A stretch of 64,000 nucleotides of DNA from an uncultured candidate division Zixibacteria bacterium (GTDB lineage: Bacteria > Zixibacteria > MSB-5A5 > UBA10806 > 4484-95): contig CAXXKA010000008.1 of the NCBI GenBank assembly GCA_963668625.2, positions 480,001 through 544,000 of the forward strand, given 5' to 3'. Shown in pieces: positions 19,754 to 29,903 of this stretch (positions are counted from its first letter, which is position 1; the number at the start of each line of letters is the position of its first letter). The notes below the pieces were generated by a model. It did not search any database. It saw only the letters and a list, made by a program, of their open reading frames with translations, and was not told where the DNA came from. Both the position numbers and the translations under genes were made by a program.

Positions 19754-20338
19754 TCAATGTCCACCCAGCTCATCCCGAATTAACACCCCATCATCTATAT
19801 AGCCAACTTCGCCGGAACGGCTCCCGCGAATGTGCCAGGAGCCGTTTTTATCTATATTTAAACCGGCATATTTTAATATTCCCTGCAGGTTTGATGTTGG
19901 AAGCACCTTGATCTCGCGCGATGATATCTCTATTACTGATCGTGCTTCGTATCTATCAATCATACTGTAGGTACAGATACATCCTCTCCAATTATCTATC
20001 TCTATAGCTTGAGATTCCATGCAGATATCGATTATAAGCGTATCATTTTCACTTACAATGATGCTGTCGAAAAAAACGGGGTTATAAGCAATACAACTGG
20101 CAACAAGAGTTATAGCGGTATTAGCAGGCACTTTCATGATTATGTATTCGCCGTTTATGGCGTTAACCATTGCGCCTAAAGTAGTACCCTCTATCTGCAC
20201 CCGTGCTCCGATAACCGGCTGATCATTGTCGAAATCCAATACGGTTCCTATTATAATTCCGGTACTACCAGTAGCGAATGAACACTGGCTGATTATTAGT
20301 ATGTAGATTACTATCACCACTCGTATCATTATTTTCAC
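19754..20338 (-). CDS. Secreted carboxypeptidase-regulatory-like domain plus partial plug; paralog of the N-terminus of the downstream gene
   Basis: 'QPVIGARVQIEGTT', 'ASCIAYN', 'HIRGSRSGEVGYIDDGVLIRDELGGH*'. Confidence 0.75.
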   Translation of the reverse strand: MKIMIRVVIVIYILIISQCSFATGSTGIIIGTVLDFDNDQPVIGARVQIEGTTLGAMVNAINGEYIIMKVPANTAITLVASCIAYNPVFFDSIIVSENDTLIIDICMESQAIEIDNWRGCICTYSMIDRYEARSVIEISSREIKVLPTSNLQGILKYAGLNIDKNGSWHIRGSRSGEVGYIDDGVLIRDELGGH

Positions 20339-20565
20339 TCCGGATACACCATCACACTTTAATTAACAAAAGAATCCTGATACTCATCTATTCAAGTTTA
20401 TCGTTTATGCCGGTTAAATCGCTCGTTGAGAGCGCCTCACAATCAATTCATTCGAGCGTCCGTCCGGTTTATATACAATTTAGTATTTGAATTATTCCGT
20501 AAGAATTTAAAGGGGGGGCTAACCCGGCTATGACTTAATCGGCGGCGTTAGGTATCTCTTGCGAA

Positions 20566-20943
20566 TTATTCCAGGTCCAGCCAGCGATCCTCGATGGAGC
20601 TTGTCTCGATAAAATCCTCGAGCAATCTGGTATCGTCATCTGTTGCATCCAGCAGTTCAACACCGGAGTCGAAGAAACCGGGATGGTCGCCAACTGCCGA
20701 CCAGACTACACGTCCGTTAAAATGTAATTCACGTTTGCTCTTGAAAGATTCCGGCAGAATTACGTCGAGTTTTATCTCCTTGTTTGGCTCGAGAGGATCG
20801 GGACCGTAAAGACCCAGGCCACTTACAGATAAATCGACGGCCTCCCCCAGGGTCTTATCGGTGCTTGTTTCCTGGACTTTTGTGTAAGAGATAACATGTA
20901 CTCGTTTGTTAGCTCGCCTTTCGCTCATGGTTATGCCCCCCAA
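20566..20943 (-). CDS. PilZ-domain protein
   Basis: RxxxR 'RRANKR' and 'DLSVSG'; likely start MSERR. Confidence 0.85.
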   Translation of the reverse strand: MGGITMSERRANKRVHVISYTKVQETSTDKTLGEAVDLSVSGLGLYGPDPLEPNKEIKLDVILPESFKSKRELHFNGRVVWSAVGDHPGFFDSGVELLDATDDDTRLLEDFIETSSIEDRWLDLE

Positions 20944-20957
20944 ATAGCGAAGAAATA

Positions 20958-21326
20958 TTAATAATTAAATGAATGAAATTTCATTAAATAATCGATCGTA
21001 TGCCTGCTTGTTTCAGGTAACTGGGTGAACTCGAAGCCGACATCGAAATAATCTGGATTATAAGCTTTCTTGCACCATCTGCAGTTACCCTCGAAACGGA
21101 TATCTGTCTCATCGGTGATAGCTACTCCATCGGGTAAAGCCATCCTGAAATTGAACCTGGTGTCACGCTCGATAGGTCTATCGCTCATAATCATCATGCC
21201 CTCAGGAGTAATATTCACTAACCGCCCGGTAACACTGTTTTTGTCGCTGTCGAGTACCTGTGAGTAATTATACAGATATCTTCTTACTGACTTTCTTTTC
21301 TCATCCATAGCGCCTCTCTCTTTCAA
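20958..21326 (-). CDS. PilZ-domain protein
   Basis: 'KRKSVRR' and 'NITPEG'; likely start MDEKR. Confidence 0.85.
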   Translation of the reverse strand: MKERGAMDEKRKSVRRYLYNYSQVLDSDKNSVTGRLVNITPEGMMIMSDRPIERDTRFNFRMALPDGVAITDETDIRFEGNCRWCKKAYNPDYFDVGFEFTQLPETSRHTIDYLMKFHSFNY

Positions 21327-21459
21327 TATTTATTATCGGCTGGTTTCATAAGATAATAATCTTTCTGAAATTAATCATTCTTCCTGTCATTGCCCGTGAT
21401 GTTAATCCCGGTGCTACATTCGTACCATTTTAAAAACATATCATCACTCGGCTGGACTG

Positions 21460-21807
21460 CTAGAAAATACTGGCATGTTTAATCAGCCGGTCGATTATTC
21501 TGGCAGATTTATCGTTGATGTTCACGAAAGCAAAACCATTATCGTATTGATTCTCTATCGAAGCTTGTTTGGACCATTTGCTTTTCGCCTCGATTACCAG
21601 ATTTCTTTTGCCCTCGATTGCTTCGGGTAAAATCAGTTTGAATTTGTACTCGTTATCGGAACTGATTGGCTTCTCACTGACCATCATCATGCCTTCGTGG
21701 GTAATATCCACCAGGCGCCCCGCCATCTCTCTCGTGTCCTCATCGAAAACTCTGGAGTAGTAATAGAGATGCCGTCTGGGCAGCTTTCTTCTCTCCTCCA
21801 TATCCAT
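21460..21807 (-). CDS. PilZ-domain protein
   Basis: 'RRKLPRR' and 'DITHEG'. Confidence 0.85.
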   Translation of the reverse strand: MDMEERRKLPRRHLYYYSRVFDEDTREMAGRLVDITHEGMMMVSEKPISSDNEYKFKLILPEAIEGKRNLVIEAKSKWSKQASIENQYDNGFAFVNINDKSARIIDRLIKHASIF

Positions 21808-22087
21808 CCCCTGACAAACATGAAAATTTATCTTGCCACTATTTATTACTTAACATGTTGTCTATTAAGATGATCGGCAGCATAGACGGATACCTGACTT
21901 TATAAAAGGCAAAATTTGTCAAGAGATTAGCAATATTGGTTAATATTTTAGCAAGCAGAGGCAAGCATTCGATATCGGGATTGATTAAATCTAACTTGAC
22001 TTTTGTGTATACGGGAAATAATATGGGTTATTCGATAGCGAATGAAGAAGATAACAAACTAATCGTTGAATTGATATACGAACACCG

Positions 22088-23281
22088 GTGGTATCTATGA
22101 GTGAAAAGCCCGATTTATCAGCATTAAGAATCAACCGTGACCAGGAGCGGGAGACATTTCCCTCCGGCAAATATTTAAAGATTGCCCTCTGGATTATTAT
22201 TCCGGTGATATTTATATTTGCGCTGCTACTAATATTAAACAGCTTATCCCCCACGGTAGAGATCAAAACCGATATCGCTCGAAAACTTACTGTTAACCAA
22301 TCGCAGGCGGTGCTAAGCGCTACCGGTTACGTGGTAGCTCAACGTCAGGCGGCGGTTGCCTCCAAAGCTACGGGTCGTCTGGAGTACTTGAGCGCCGAGG
22401 AGGGTGATCGGGTAAGCAAGGGCGAATTAATTGGCAGGTTGGAAAATAATGATATGATAGCGGCGCTCGATATGTCTAAAGCCCAGTTGGCCCAGGCAAG
22501 AGCAGAAAGCACCGAGGCAGCGCTAAACTATAACCGTCAGAGCAAATTGTTGGAGACAGGTTCGACCACCGGTGATGTGGTCGAGATAGCCGAGGCAAAA
22601 TTCAAAGCCGCAGCGGCTGGTGTCGAATACGCCAAGGCCTCCGTAAAATCCTCTAAGGTGGCGTTGGAGAACACCTACATACGCGCTCCTTTCGACGGCA
22701 CCGTGCTGACCAAGTACGCCGATTTAGGCGAGATAGTCGCTCCGATGGCGGCCTCGGCCACCTCGCAAGGAGCTATAGTCGATCTGGCCGATATGAAATC
22801 GCTCGAGGTGGAGGCGGATGTCTCGGAGTCCAACATCCAGCGGGTGGAGATGAATCAACCCTGTGAGATCATCCTCGATGCCTATCCCGAGAACAGTTAC
22901 CGGGGATATGTCAAAAAAATAGTGCCGACAGCCGACAGGTCTCGGGCTACGGTGATGACAAAAGTGGCGTTTTTCGATATCGATAATTACGTGCTGCCGG
23001 AGATGAGCGCCCGGGTGAATTTCCTGAAAAATGAAACGTCGGAAAATGCGGAACCCGAGCCGAACACGGTGACAGTCGATAACAAGGCGCTTATCATGAG
23101 AGGCGGCGCTCATGCGTTGTTTATCGTAGAGGGTGATATTGCCCGCGAGATAAAAGTGGAAACCGGCAGGAAACTGGGAAAACGAACCGAGATTATAAGC
23201 GGGATAAATGTCGGGCAAAAAGTTATTCTCTCGCCTCCCTCTGATTTGCAAACCGGAGATAAAATAGAAATTAGCCAATAG
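22088..23281 (+). CDS. Efflux periplasmic adaptor (MacA-like MFP)
   Basis: N-terminal TM, 'ATGYVVAQR', 'IRAPFDGTV', 'EADVSES'. Confidence 0.9.
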   Translation: MVSMSEKPDLSALRINRDQERETFPSGKYLKIALWIIIPVIFIFALLLILNSLSPTVEIKTDIARKLTVNQSQAVLSATGYVVAQRQAAVASKATGRLEYLSAEEGDRVSKGELIGRLENNDMIAALDMSKAQLAQARAESTEAALNYNRQSKLLETGSTTGDVVEIAEAKFKAAAAGVEYAKASVKSSKVALENTYIRAPFDGTVLTKYADLGEIVAPMAASATSQGAIVDLADMKSLEVEADVSESNIQRVEMNQPCEIILDAYPENSYRGYVKKIVPTADRSRATVMTKVAFFDIDNYVLPEMSARVNFLKNETSENAEPEPNTVTVDNKALIMRGGAHALFIVEGDIAREIKVETGRKLGKRTEIISGINVGQKVILSPPSDLQTGDKIEISQ

Positions 23282-23285
23282 AAGG

Positions 23286-23969
23286 ATGTTTTCAATGACG
23301 GAAACACTCGTAAAACTGACTAACGTAAATAAAAGCTACAGACGGGATAGTTTGAAAATCCCGGTGCTGGATAATATCAATCTCGAAATACCGGAGGGCG
23401 AGTTTTTGGCCCTGATGGGGCCGTCCGGCTCTGGTAAAACTACTCTTTTAAACCTGATCGCGGGAATAGATTCGCCAACCGCCGGCGATATCGTTATCGG
23501 GGATATAAAAGTCAGCGGGCTGTCCGAATCGAGGCTGGCCAACTGGCGGGCGCGGAATATCGGATTCGTCTTTCAGTTCTATAACCTGATGCCGGTACTC
23601 ACGGCATTCGAAAACGTCGAACTGCCTCTTCTGCTAACCGGGCTTTCGGGCAAGGAACGCCGTAAGCATGTCGAGACCGCGCTTTCGATTGTCGGGCTTG
23701 CGGATCGCATGAAACATTATCCCCGTCAGCTTTCCGGCGGACAGGAGCAACGGGTTGCCATAGCGCGCGCCCTGGTCACCGACCCGACCCTGATTTTAGC
23801 CGATGAACCGACCGGCGATCTGGATAAGAATTCAGCCGAGGAGATCATGAGTTTACTCACGACCCTGAACGAGGAATACAACAAAACGATAATCATGGTG
23901 ACCCACGATTCTCGCGCCGCCGAGAAAGCTCATGTGGAAAAACATCTCGATAAAGGCGAGTTGAGCTGA
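23286..23969 (+). CDS. ABC transporter ATP-binding protein (LolD/MacB type)
   Basis: Walker A 'GPSGSGKT', 'LSGGQEQR', 'LADEPTG'. Confidence 0.95.
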   Translation: MFSMTETLVKLTNVNKSYRRDSLKIPVLDNINLEIPEGEFLALMGPSGSGKTTLLNLIAGIDSPTAGDIVIGDIKVSGLSESRLANWRARNIGFVFQFYNLMPVLTAFENVELPLLLTGLSGKERRKHVETALSIVGLADRMKHYPRQLSGGQEQRVAIARALVTDPTLILADEPTGDLDKNSAEEIMSLLTTLNEEYNKTIIMVTHDSRAAEKAHVEKHLDKGELS

Positions 23970-23971
23970 TT

Positions 23972-25132
23972 ATGTGGGCGCTGAAAATGATAAGAAGGAA
24001 TGCCGGCCGTCACAAGCTGAGAACGCTACTGACTATTTTAGGCATGGCGGTGGCCATCATCGCCTTTATCCTGATAAGTACGCTTATAGATGCTTTCTAT
24101 AAGTCGGCGGAGGTGCTGCCTCCTGACAGGTTGGTAACTCGTCACGCGGTCTCGTTCATATTCGAGCTTCCAATGTCATACTACGAAAAGATAAAGCGTG
24201 TCGATGGTGTAGAGGATGTCTGCTATGGTAACTGGTTCGGTGGAACCTACAAGGATGATCCGAAAAATTTCTTCGCCAGCGTAGCTATTGGACCGGATAA
24301 TTATTTCGATATTTACGCGGAGTATATCATTCCGGAGGATCAGAAAAAGGAATTTTACACGCATCGCAATTCCTGTATGGCCGGTGTGCAGCTTGCCAAT
24401 CGTTTCGGTTGGAAAATCGGGGATGTTATCAGGTTAACCGGCCAGATATATCCCGGCGAGTGGGAGTTCGTTTTAAGAGCTATCTATAAAGGCGATAAAA
24501 CCGGCGTGGATGAGAATACGTTTTATTTCCATAGCGAGTATTTGGATGAGGAGTTGAAAAAACGGGCTCCTATGATGGCTGGTAGTATCGGTTGGTATAT
24601 CATCAAAATAAATGACCCGGAGCGCGCGCCTGAGATAAGTGAGGCAATTGATGAGCTTTTCGCAAACTCCGCCGCCGAGACCCTCACTGAAACCGAGAAG
24701 GCGTTCACGCTAAATTTCATGGCAACCATGGATGCCATAATCAACGGTATGAGGATTATCAGCTTCATGATAATCGGGGTGATACTGATGGTGTTGGCCA
24801 ATACTATGGCGATGAGCGCTCGTGAGCGAACAACTGAGTATGCCGTTTTGAAAACGCTGGGATTCAAATCGTACCATATTACCGGTTTGATCTTCGGGGA
24901 ATCCATGCTGATAGGCGGTATCGGCGGAGCGCTGGGAGTAATACTCACATTCCCGATTCTTTCGGTTTTAGGCAGGTATCTTAAAATGTTTTTCAACCAG
25001 ATCGAGATAGGCTCGTTGACGCTCATGCTCTCGATAATATTTACTGTAATAGTCGCGCTTATCGCCGCCCTTTTCCCCGTAATCCAAACCCTCAGGGTGT
25101 CCATCGTTAATGGTTTGAGAAAGGTTGGGTAG
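23972..25132 (+). CDS. ABC permease (MacB/FtsX type)
   Basis: TM, periplasmic domain, 'RERTTEYAVLKTLGF' FtsX motif. Confidence 0.9.
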   Translation: MWALKMIRRNAGRHKLRTLLTILGMAVAIIAFILISTLIDAFYKSAEVLPPDRLVTRHAVSFIFELPMSYYEKIKRVDGVEDVCYGNWFGGTYKDDPKNFFASVAIGPDNYFDIYAEYIIPEDQKKEFYTHRNSCMAGVQLANRFGWKIGDVIRLTGQIYPGEWEFVLRAIYKGDKTGVDENTFYFHSEYLDEELKKRAPMMAGSIGWYIIKINDPERAPEISEAIDELFANSAAETLTETEKAFTLNFMATMDAIINGMRIISFMIIGVILMVLANTMAMSARERTTEYAVLKTLGFKSYHITGLIFGESMLIGGIGGALGVILTFPILSVLGRYLKMFFNQIEIGSLTLMLSIIFTVIVALIAALFPVIQTLRVSIVNGLRKVG

Positions 25133-25138
25133 GATTCT

Positions 25139-26305
25139 ATGAGTACACCTATAAGATATTCGGTGAGAAGCGTATTCAATCGCCGCCTTACTTTCACGTT
25201 TACCGTGCTTGGTATAACCCTGGTAGCGTTCGTGTTCGCGGCCGTTCTCATGATGTCCAACGGTATCAAGGAGACACTGGTGGCCTCTGGCTGTGAGGAT
25301 AATGTCGTGGTTATTCGCGAGGGCTCGGTTACCGAGATGCAGAGCTTTGTTAGCCGCGAGCAGTCCAATATTATCGAGACACTGCCGGAGATAAAGCAAA
25401 ATAGCGGGGGAAGACCACTGGTCACCGGCGAAGTGGTTGTGGTTATCAATATCAACAAGTTAGGCACGGATATACCGGCTAATGTGGTTGTTCGTGGAGC
25501 GGGAGTGATGTCCACTGAAGTACACCGGGGTGTGAATATTTATGATGGCAGAATGTTCGAGCTCGGACAAACCGAAATCATAGTTGGTGAAAAGGTAGCC
25601 GATAACTACGAGGGCTGTCAAATTGGCGATATTCTACGTTTCGGCAACACCGACTGGACAGTTGTCGGTTTGTTCGAATCCGATGGCTCTGCTTTCGAAT
25701 CAGAGATTTGGGGTGATGTTGATCAGCTCATGCCGGCTTTCGGTAGGCCTGTTTTCAGTTCGATGACATTCACCATGAACGATATCTCGAAGTTCGATGA
25801 AGTTCGCGACAGGGTACGCTCCGATCCCCGTATGACCGTTACCATGAAACAGGAGCAGGTTTATTACGAGGAACAGTCGACCTCACTGCGAACATTTATT
25901 ACGATTCTCGGCACCGTAATAAGTATCGTGTTCAGTATAGGCGCAATAATCGGCGCGATGATTACCATGTACGCCGCCGTTGCCAATCGTACTACCGAGA
26001 TTGCCACATTGCGAGCGTTGGGTTTCAAACGATTCAATATACTGCTGGCGTTCCTGGTCGAGTCTCTTTCGATTGCCACCATTGGTGGATTACTGGGGCT
26101 CGTGATTGCTTCGTTGCTGAGTTTCGTGGATGTTTCCACCATGAACTGGGAGTCGTTCTCCGAGATTACTTTCAGTTTCGAGATGTCCTGGGAAATTGTA
26201 ATCAGTGTTATGATATTCGCAGTGGTAATGGGATTCGTAGGCGGTTTTCTACCCGCTATCCGTGCCTCTCGAATAAAGATAACCGAGGCTTTGAGAGCGG
26301 AATAA
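25139..26305 (+). CDS. ABC permease (MacB/FtsX type)
   Basis: 'NRTTEIATLRALGF', C-terminal 'LPAIRASRI..EALR'. Confidence 0.9.
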   Translation: MSTPIRYSVRSVFNRRLTFTFTVLGITLVAFVFAAVLMMSNGIKETLVASGCEDNVVVIREGSVTEMQSFVSREQSNIIETLPEIKQNSGGRPLVTGEVVVVININKLGTDIPANVVVRGAGVMSTEVHRGVNIYDGRMFELGQTEIIVGEKVADNYEGCQIGDILRFGNTDWTVVGLFESDGSAFESEIWGDVDQLMPAFGRPVFSSMTFTMNDISKFDEVRDRVRSDPRMTVTMKQEQVYYEEQSTSLRTFITILGTVISIVFSIGAIIGAMITMYAAVANRTTEIATLRALGFKRFNILLAFLVESLSIATIGGLLGLVIASLLSFVDVSTMNWESFSEITFSFEMSWEIVISVMIFAVVMGFVGGFLPAIRASRIKITEALRAE

Positions 26306-26343
26306 AATTTACATTAAACTATATTTAATACTTTCATATTCGC

Positions 26344-26372
26344 TTGCCGTAAAATGCGCGGTTTATTATAAT
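26344..26372 (+). promoter_or_regulatory. sigma70-type promoter upstream of HD-GYP gene
   Basis: TTGCCG-N17-TATAAT. Confidence 0.5.
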
Positions 26373-26462
26373 GTTTACGTTTACTGGTCTTAATTATTTT
26401 TGTTGGAAAAGATGTATCGATACCATGTCCTGTGATGATTTTATTAAATCGGGAGAAACTAT

Positions 26463-27389
26463 TTGACTCAATCCAGGTTGAAAAACATCATAAAAAAAAC
26501 CCTCGAGGAAAAATTCCCATCTAATTTGGATAAATATGAAAAGGAAAAATGCCTTAACGAGACAGCCGGTAAAATATTGGATATCATAAGGCGGGAGATT
26601 TTCGATCCCCCCGATTCCGATGAGGGTATTGCTTTCGACGGCGAACCGATTGACGGTAAATTCGCGGAAATGGCCCAGCGGGTACTTAGCGATGTCAAAT
26701 TCGGCTACCTCTCCAGTAATCTTCAAATGATGATGGCTTTGGGCAGTGCGATTGCCGAACGTTATACCGGTAGCAGCGCGCATAATTTCAAGGTTACCCT
26801 TTTTGCCGTGCGCCTGGGCGAGCTTGCGGGGTTGGAGAAAAGTAAAATGCAGGCTTTGATAAAAGGCTCGTTCCTTCATGATATAGGCAAAATTGGCATT
26901 CCCGATAGAATTCTTCTGAAAGAAGGCAAGCTCTCCGATTTCGAGAAAGTTACGATGCATGAGCATGTGAAGTTAGGCTCACATATTATTCGCGAGGTGA
27001 AATGGCTCGAGGATGCCGTTGATATAGTGTTGTACCATCATGAGCGCTGGGATGGCTCGGGATACTTATCCAATATGGAGGGGGATGATATACCGGTAAA
27101 CGCGCGTATATTTTCCATTGTGGATGTTTTCGACGCGCTAACCTCCGATCGCCCGTATAAGCCGTATATCACTTATGATGAGACCATCGATTATATGAAA
27201 GATCAATCGGGGAAACATTTCGATCCGGAGTTATTCGATCTTTTTATAACGATAGCGGAGGATTCGTATTCTACCATAAGTGATAAAAATTTTCAGGAAT
27301 TGAATAATCTTATTAAAGATGTGATTCAGCGATATTTCGATATAGACTTGGCTGATAAGAAACTTCAAACGAAATACAGCTTATTATAA
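26463..27389 (+). CDS. HD-GYP phosphodiesterase
   Basis: 'LHDIGKIG', 'HHERWDGSGYL' (GYL variant), 'DVFDALTSDRPY'. Confidence 0.88.
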   Translation: MTQSRLKNIIKKTLEEKFPSNLDKYEKEKCLNETAGKILDIIRREIFDPPDSDEGIAFDGEPIDGKFAEMAQRVLSDVKFGYLSSNLQMMMALGSAIAERYTGSSAHNFKVTLFAVRLGELAGLEKSKMQALIKGSFLHDIGKIGIPDRILLKEGKLSDFEKVTMHEHVKLGSHIIREVKWLEDAVDIVLYHHERWDGSGYLSNMEGDDIPVNARIFSIVDVFDALTSDRPYKPYITYDETIDYMKDQSGKHFDPELFDLFITIAEDSYSTISDKNFQELNNLIKDVIQRYFDIDLADKKLQTKYSLL

Positions 27390-27699
27390 ATATCTTATTT
27401 TTTTGATGTAGAATTACTATAAGCGGTGGTGATGTTGGTTATATGCCGCAGGGGCACGGCATGTAATGCTATCTACGATAGATGGAGATATGGCCTGGAT
27501 GTTAAGCGTTTAAAATATTCATGATTCGCCGGGCGGACGAAGCCTTTTGTTCAGCCTTTCCCGGCTAATTGCCATATGAACCCGGGTATCAGGAAATGAT
27601 GAATAAAGGACACCGTCCTCCTGCCACCGCAAGTAATATCTTGATGTGATTTAGAAAGCCGGTATCACGGGACTTGCCGACATCCCGTTGGCAAGGTAG

Positions 27700-27730
27700 G
27701 CAGGGCCGCTATTTTTGCGACCCTGCTTTA
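27700..27730. terminator. Probable terminator
   Basis: GCAGGGCCGC-TATTTTT-GCGACCCTGC stem next to the stop of the 717-aa gene. Confidence 0.55.
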
Positions 27731-27740
27731 TAATTATAAT

Positions 27741-29894
27741 CTATTCGGGTTTGGAAAAGAAATTATCGTCTACGTTGGGATTAATCTTAAATTCGGAAAT
27801 CTCGATTTTCATTACCTGCTGACCATCCATGCTTCTGTAGGTGATAAGCGGTAAGTTGACGCCGCTTATATCCGAATAGTTATCGTAGGTCTCGATGATA
27901 TTACCTTCACCGGTGACTGTTTCGCCCCAGTACGAGTTGGAGGCCAGTCTGTGGGAGTCGGCATAAAAGCCTAACCGGCAGATTTTTTCGCCGCTACCAT
28001 CGAGCAGCGCGACATAGTCGATATCTTTGCCGTCGACTTTATCATTACCGTTATAAACAGCTTTATACTCGGGATTGCCGGCGGTAGAGAACACGTACAC
28101 GACATCTCTCATTAGCTCGTTCGAATCTTTAGTGATATCCTCGGGAGTTTTTTCCACCAGTTCGCCCATCTGGTTCGTTTTCCAGCCGGCATCACCGTTA
28201 CGGATATCGAGCATCTCGTTACCCATCATATTGACAACGGTTTTGCTCTTGTCCGGGAAAATTTGGCACTGCTCGACCGCCAGCGGAAAATCTCCTCGCG
28301 GCGTGCTCAGTATGTAAGTTCCCTTATGCGATTGGCCTTTCACTTTCTTGAAATTATCCATACCGCCGTGAGCGTTTATCGCGGCCAGGAGAATGTCGCC
28401 ACCTTTGGCCAACGCTTCCGGTGTGGCCTCGATAGCCTCGCTTGTTTCGCCCGAGGGGATCGTTATGTCAACCTGAGTGACCGGGCCCAGCCCGAGATCC
28501 TCAAGCGGCATATCGAAATCAGCTTTATTGCCGACCACGATTATATACATCTCGTCCGGGTGAAGATTACTCTTGGCCGCTTCTAATACATCCTGCTTGG
28601 TTACATTTTCAACGGCTTCTTTCCTTCTAAAGAGAAGGTCTTCATCGAGGCCGTAAAAATCGTATGTCATCATACGATTAACCACCTCGGACTTGGTATC
28701 GAAATTGAACACGAAGGAATTCAAGTATCCATCCTTGCCCAGCTTCATCTCGGTATCCGTCGGTAAATCGGTTTGCATGCTTTTAATTTGCTTGATCATC
28801 TCTTTGATAGCTTTGCCGGTGTTTTCGGCATTGGCGAAAGCGTAGGCATAGAAAAGACCGGGATACTTGATATTAGCCGTATAGCTGCCACCGGCGGAGT
28901 ACGCCAGCCCCAGACGAGTGCGGACATTGTTAGTCAACCTGCTACCGAATCCGCCGCCCAGTACGCTGTTCATAACGATCCTGTCGGGGTAGTCCTCATC
29001 GAGAGTGTAACCACCGATATGCCCCATGATGATGTTGGTCTGGGGAGCATCGAGTTTTTCCGCGTAGATGAGTTTGCTAACGTACTTGTAATCGACCTGG
29101 GGTGGGGCTGGTATAGTGGTGTTGCCGGCCGGCCAGTCGCTGAAATATTTCTCTATCTTTTTGATGATATCTTTTTTCTTGAGATCGCCCCAGATAGCTA
29201 TCTGGATGTTTTCCGGGTGATAATATTTAGCGTGGAAATCAACCAGGTCATCACGGGTAATGGCGTTTATGGTGGCATATTCGGTGTGACGGCCATACGG
29301 TGAATCCTCTCCGTATAGATTCTTCCTGAATAATCGCGTGGCTATCGGCCAGGGTTCGTCATTACGGCGGGAGATATCGGTACGCTCCTGCACTTTGGCA
29401 AGGTTGATCTTATCCTCATCGAAAACGGGATACCTGAGTACCTGTGATAATACCTCCAGCGCCAGGTCGGTATGCTCGCTCAACACCTGGACGTATGCAG
29501 TACCCGACTCTCTGCCAATCGAGGTTTCTACCGTGCCGCCGATTCCTTCGAGTATTTCATCGAGTTTGTCACCGCTCCATTTTTTGGTGCCGCCGGTGCG
29601 CATGACCGTACCGCATATCGAAGCGAGTCCAACCATATCGGCCGGTTCGAGATACGAGCCGCAATTTACCCGAACACTTGCCTCGAAAGTAGGCAGGCTT
29701 TTATCCTCTATCAAATATAAACGTATGCCGTTATCGAGAGTTTTCTTCTCGACTTTCGGCATCTCGATCTTGTTCAGTTTTGGGAAAGTCAACTCATCGA
29801 CTATATCATTAGCGAGAGAGACCTGAAAAAACATGGTAAATGCCAGGAGAAATATTATCGATCCTGTTATTAACCTTCCTTTATTCATTTCCAA
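27741..29894 (-). CDS. M16 peptidase non-catalytic subunit with about 220-aa C-terminal extension
   Basis: M16 fold, no HxxEH, 'SRL...VRTRLGLAYS' R/Y motif. Confidence 0.85.
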   Translation of the reverse strand: MEMNKGRLITGSIIFLLAFTMFFQVSLANDIVDELTFPKLNKIEMPKVEKKTLDNGIRLYLIEDKSLPTFEASVRVNCGSYLEPADMVGLASICGTVMRTGGTKKWSGDKLDEILEGIGGTVETSIGRESGTAYVQVLSEHTDLALEVLSQVLRYPVFDEDKINLAKVQERTDISRRNDEPWPIATRLFRKNLYGEDSPYGRHTEYATINAITRDDLVDFHAKYYHPENIQIAIWGDLKKKDIIKKIEKYFSDWPAGNTTIPAPPQVDYKYVSKLIYAEKLDAPQTNIIMGHIGGYTLDEDYPDRIVMNSVLGGGFGSRLTNNVRTRLGLAYSAGGSYTANIKYPGLFYAYAFANAENTGKAIKEMIKQIKSMQTDLPTDTEMKLGKDGYLNSFVFNFDTKSEVVNRMMTYDFYGLDEDLLFRRKEAVENVTKQDVLEAAKSNLHPDEMYIIVVGNKADFDMPLEDLGLGPVTQVDITIPSGETSEAIEATPEALAKGGDILLAAINAHGGMDNFKKVKGQSHKGTYILSTPRGDFPLAVEQCQIFPDKSKTVVNMMGNEMLDIRNGDAGWKTNQMGELVEKTPEDITKDSNELMRDVVYVFSTAGNPEYKAVYNGNDKVDGKDIDYVALLDGSGEKICRLGFYADSHRLASNSYWGETVTGEGNIIETYDNYSDISGVNLPLITYRSMDGQQVMKIEISEFKINPNVDDNFFSKPE

Positions 29895-29903
29895 TACCTC
29901 ATG

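Noticed and set aside
24523-25515. 330-aa antisense ORF and the many other antisense ORFs in the track
   Set aside because: Shadows of well-supported genes on the opposite strand
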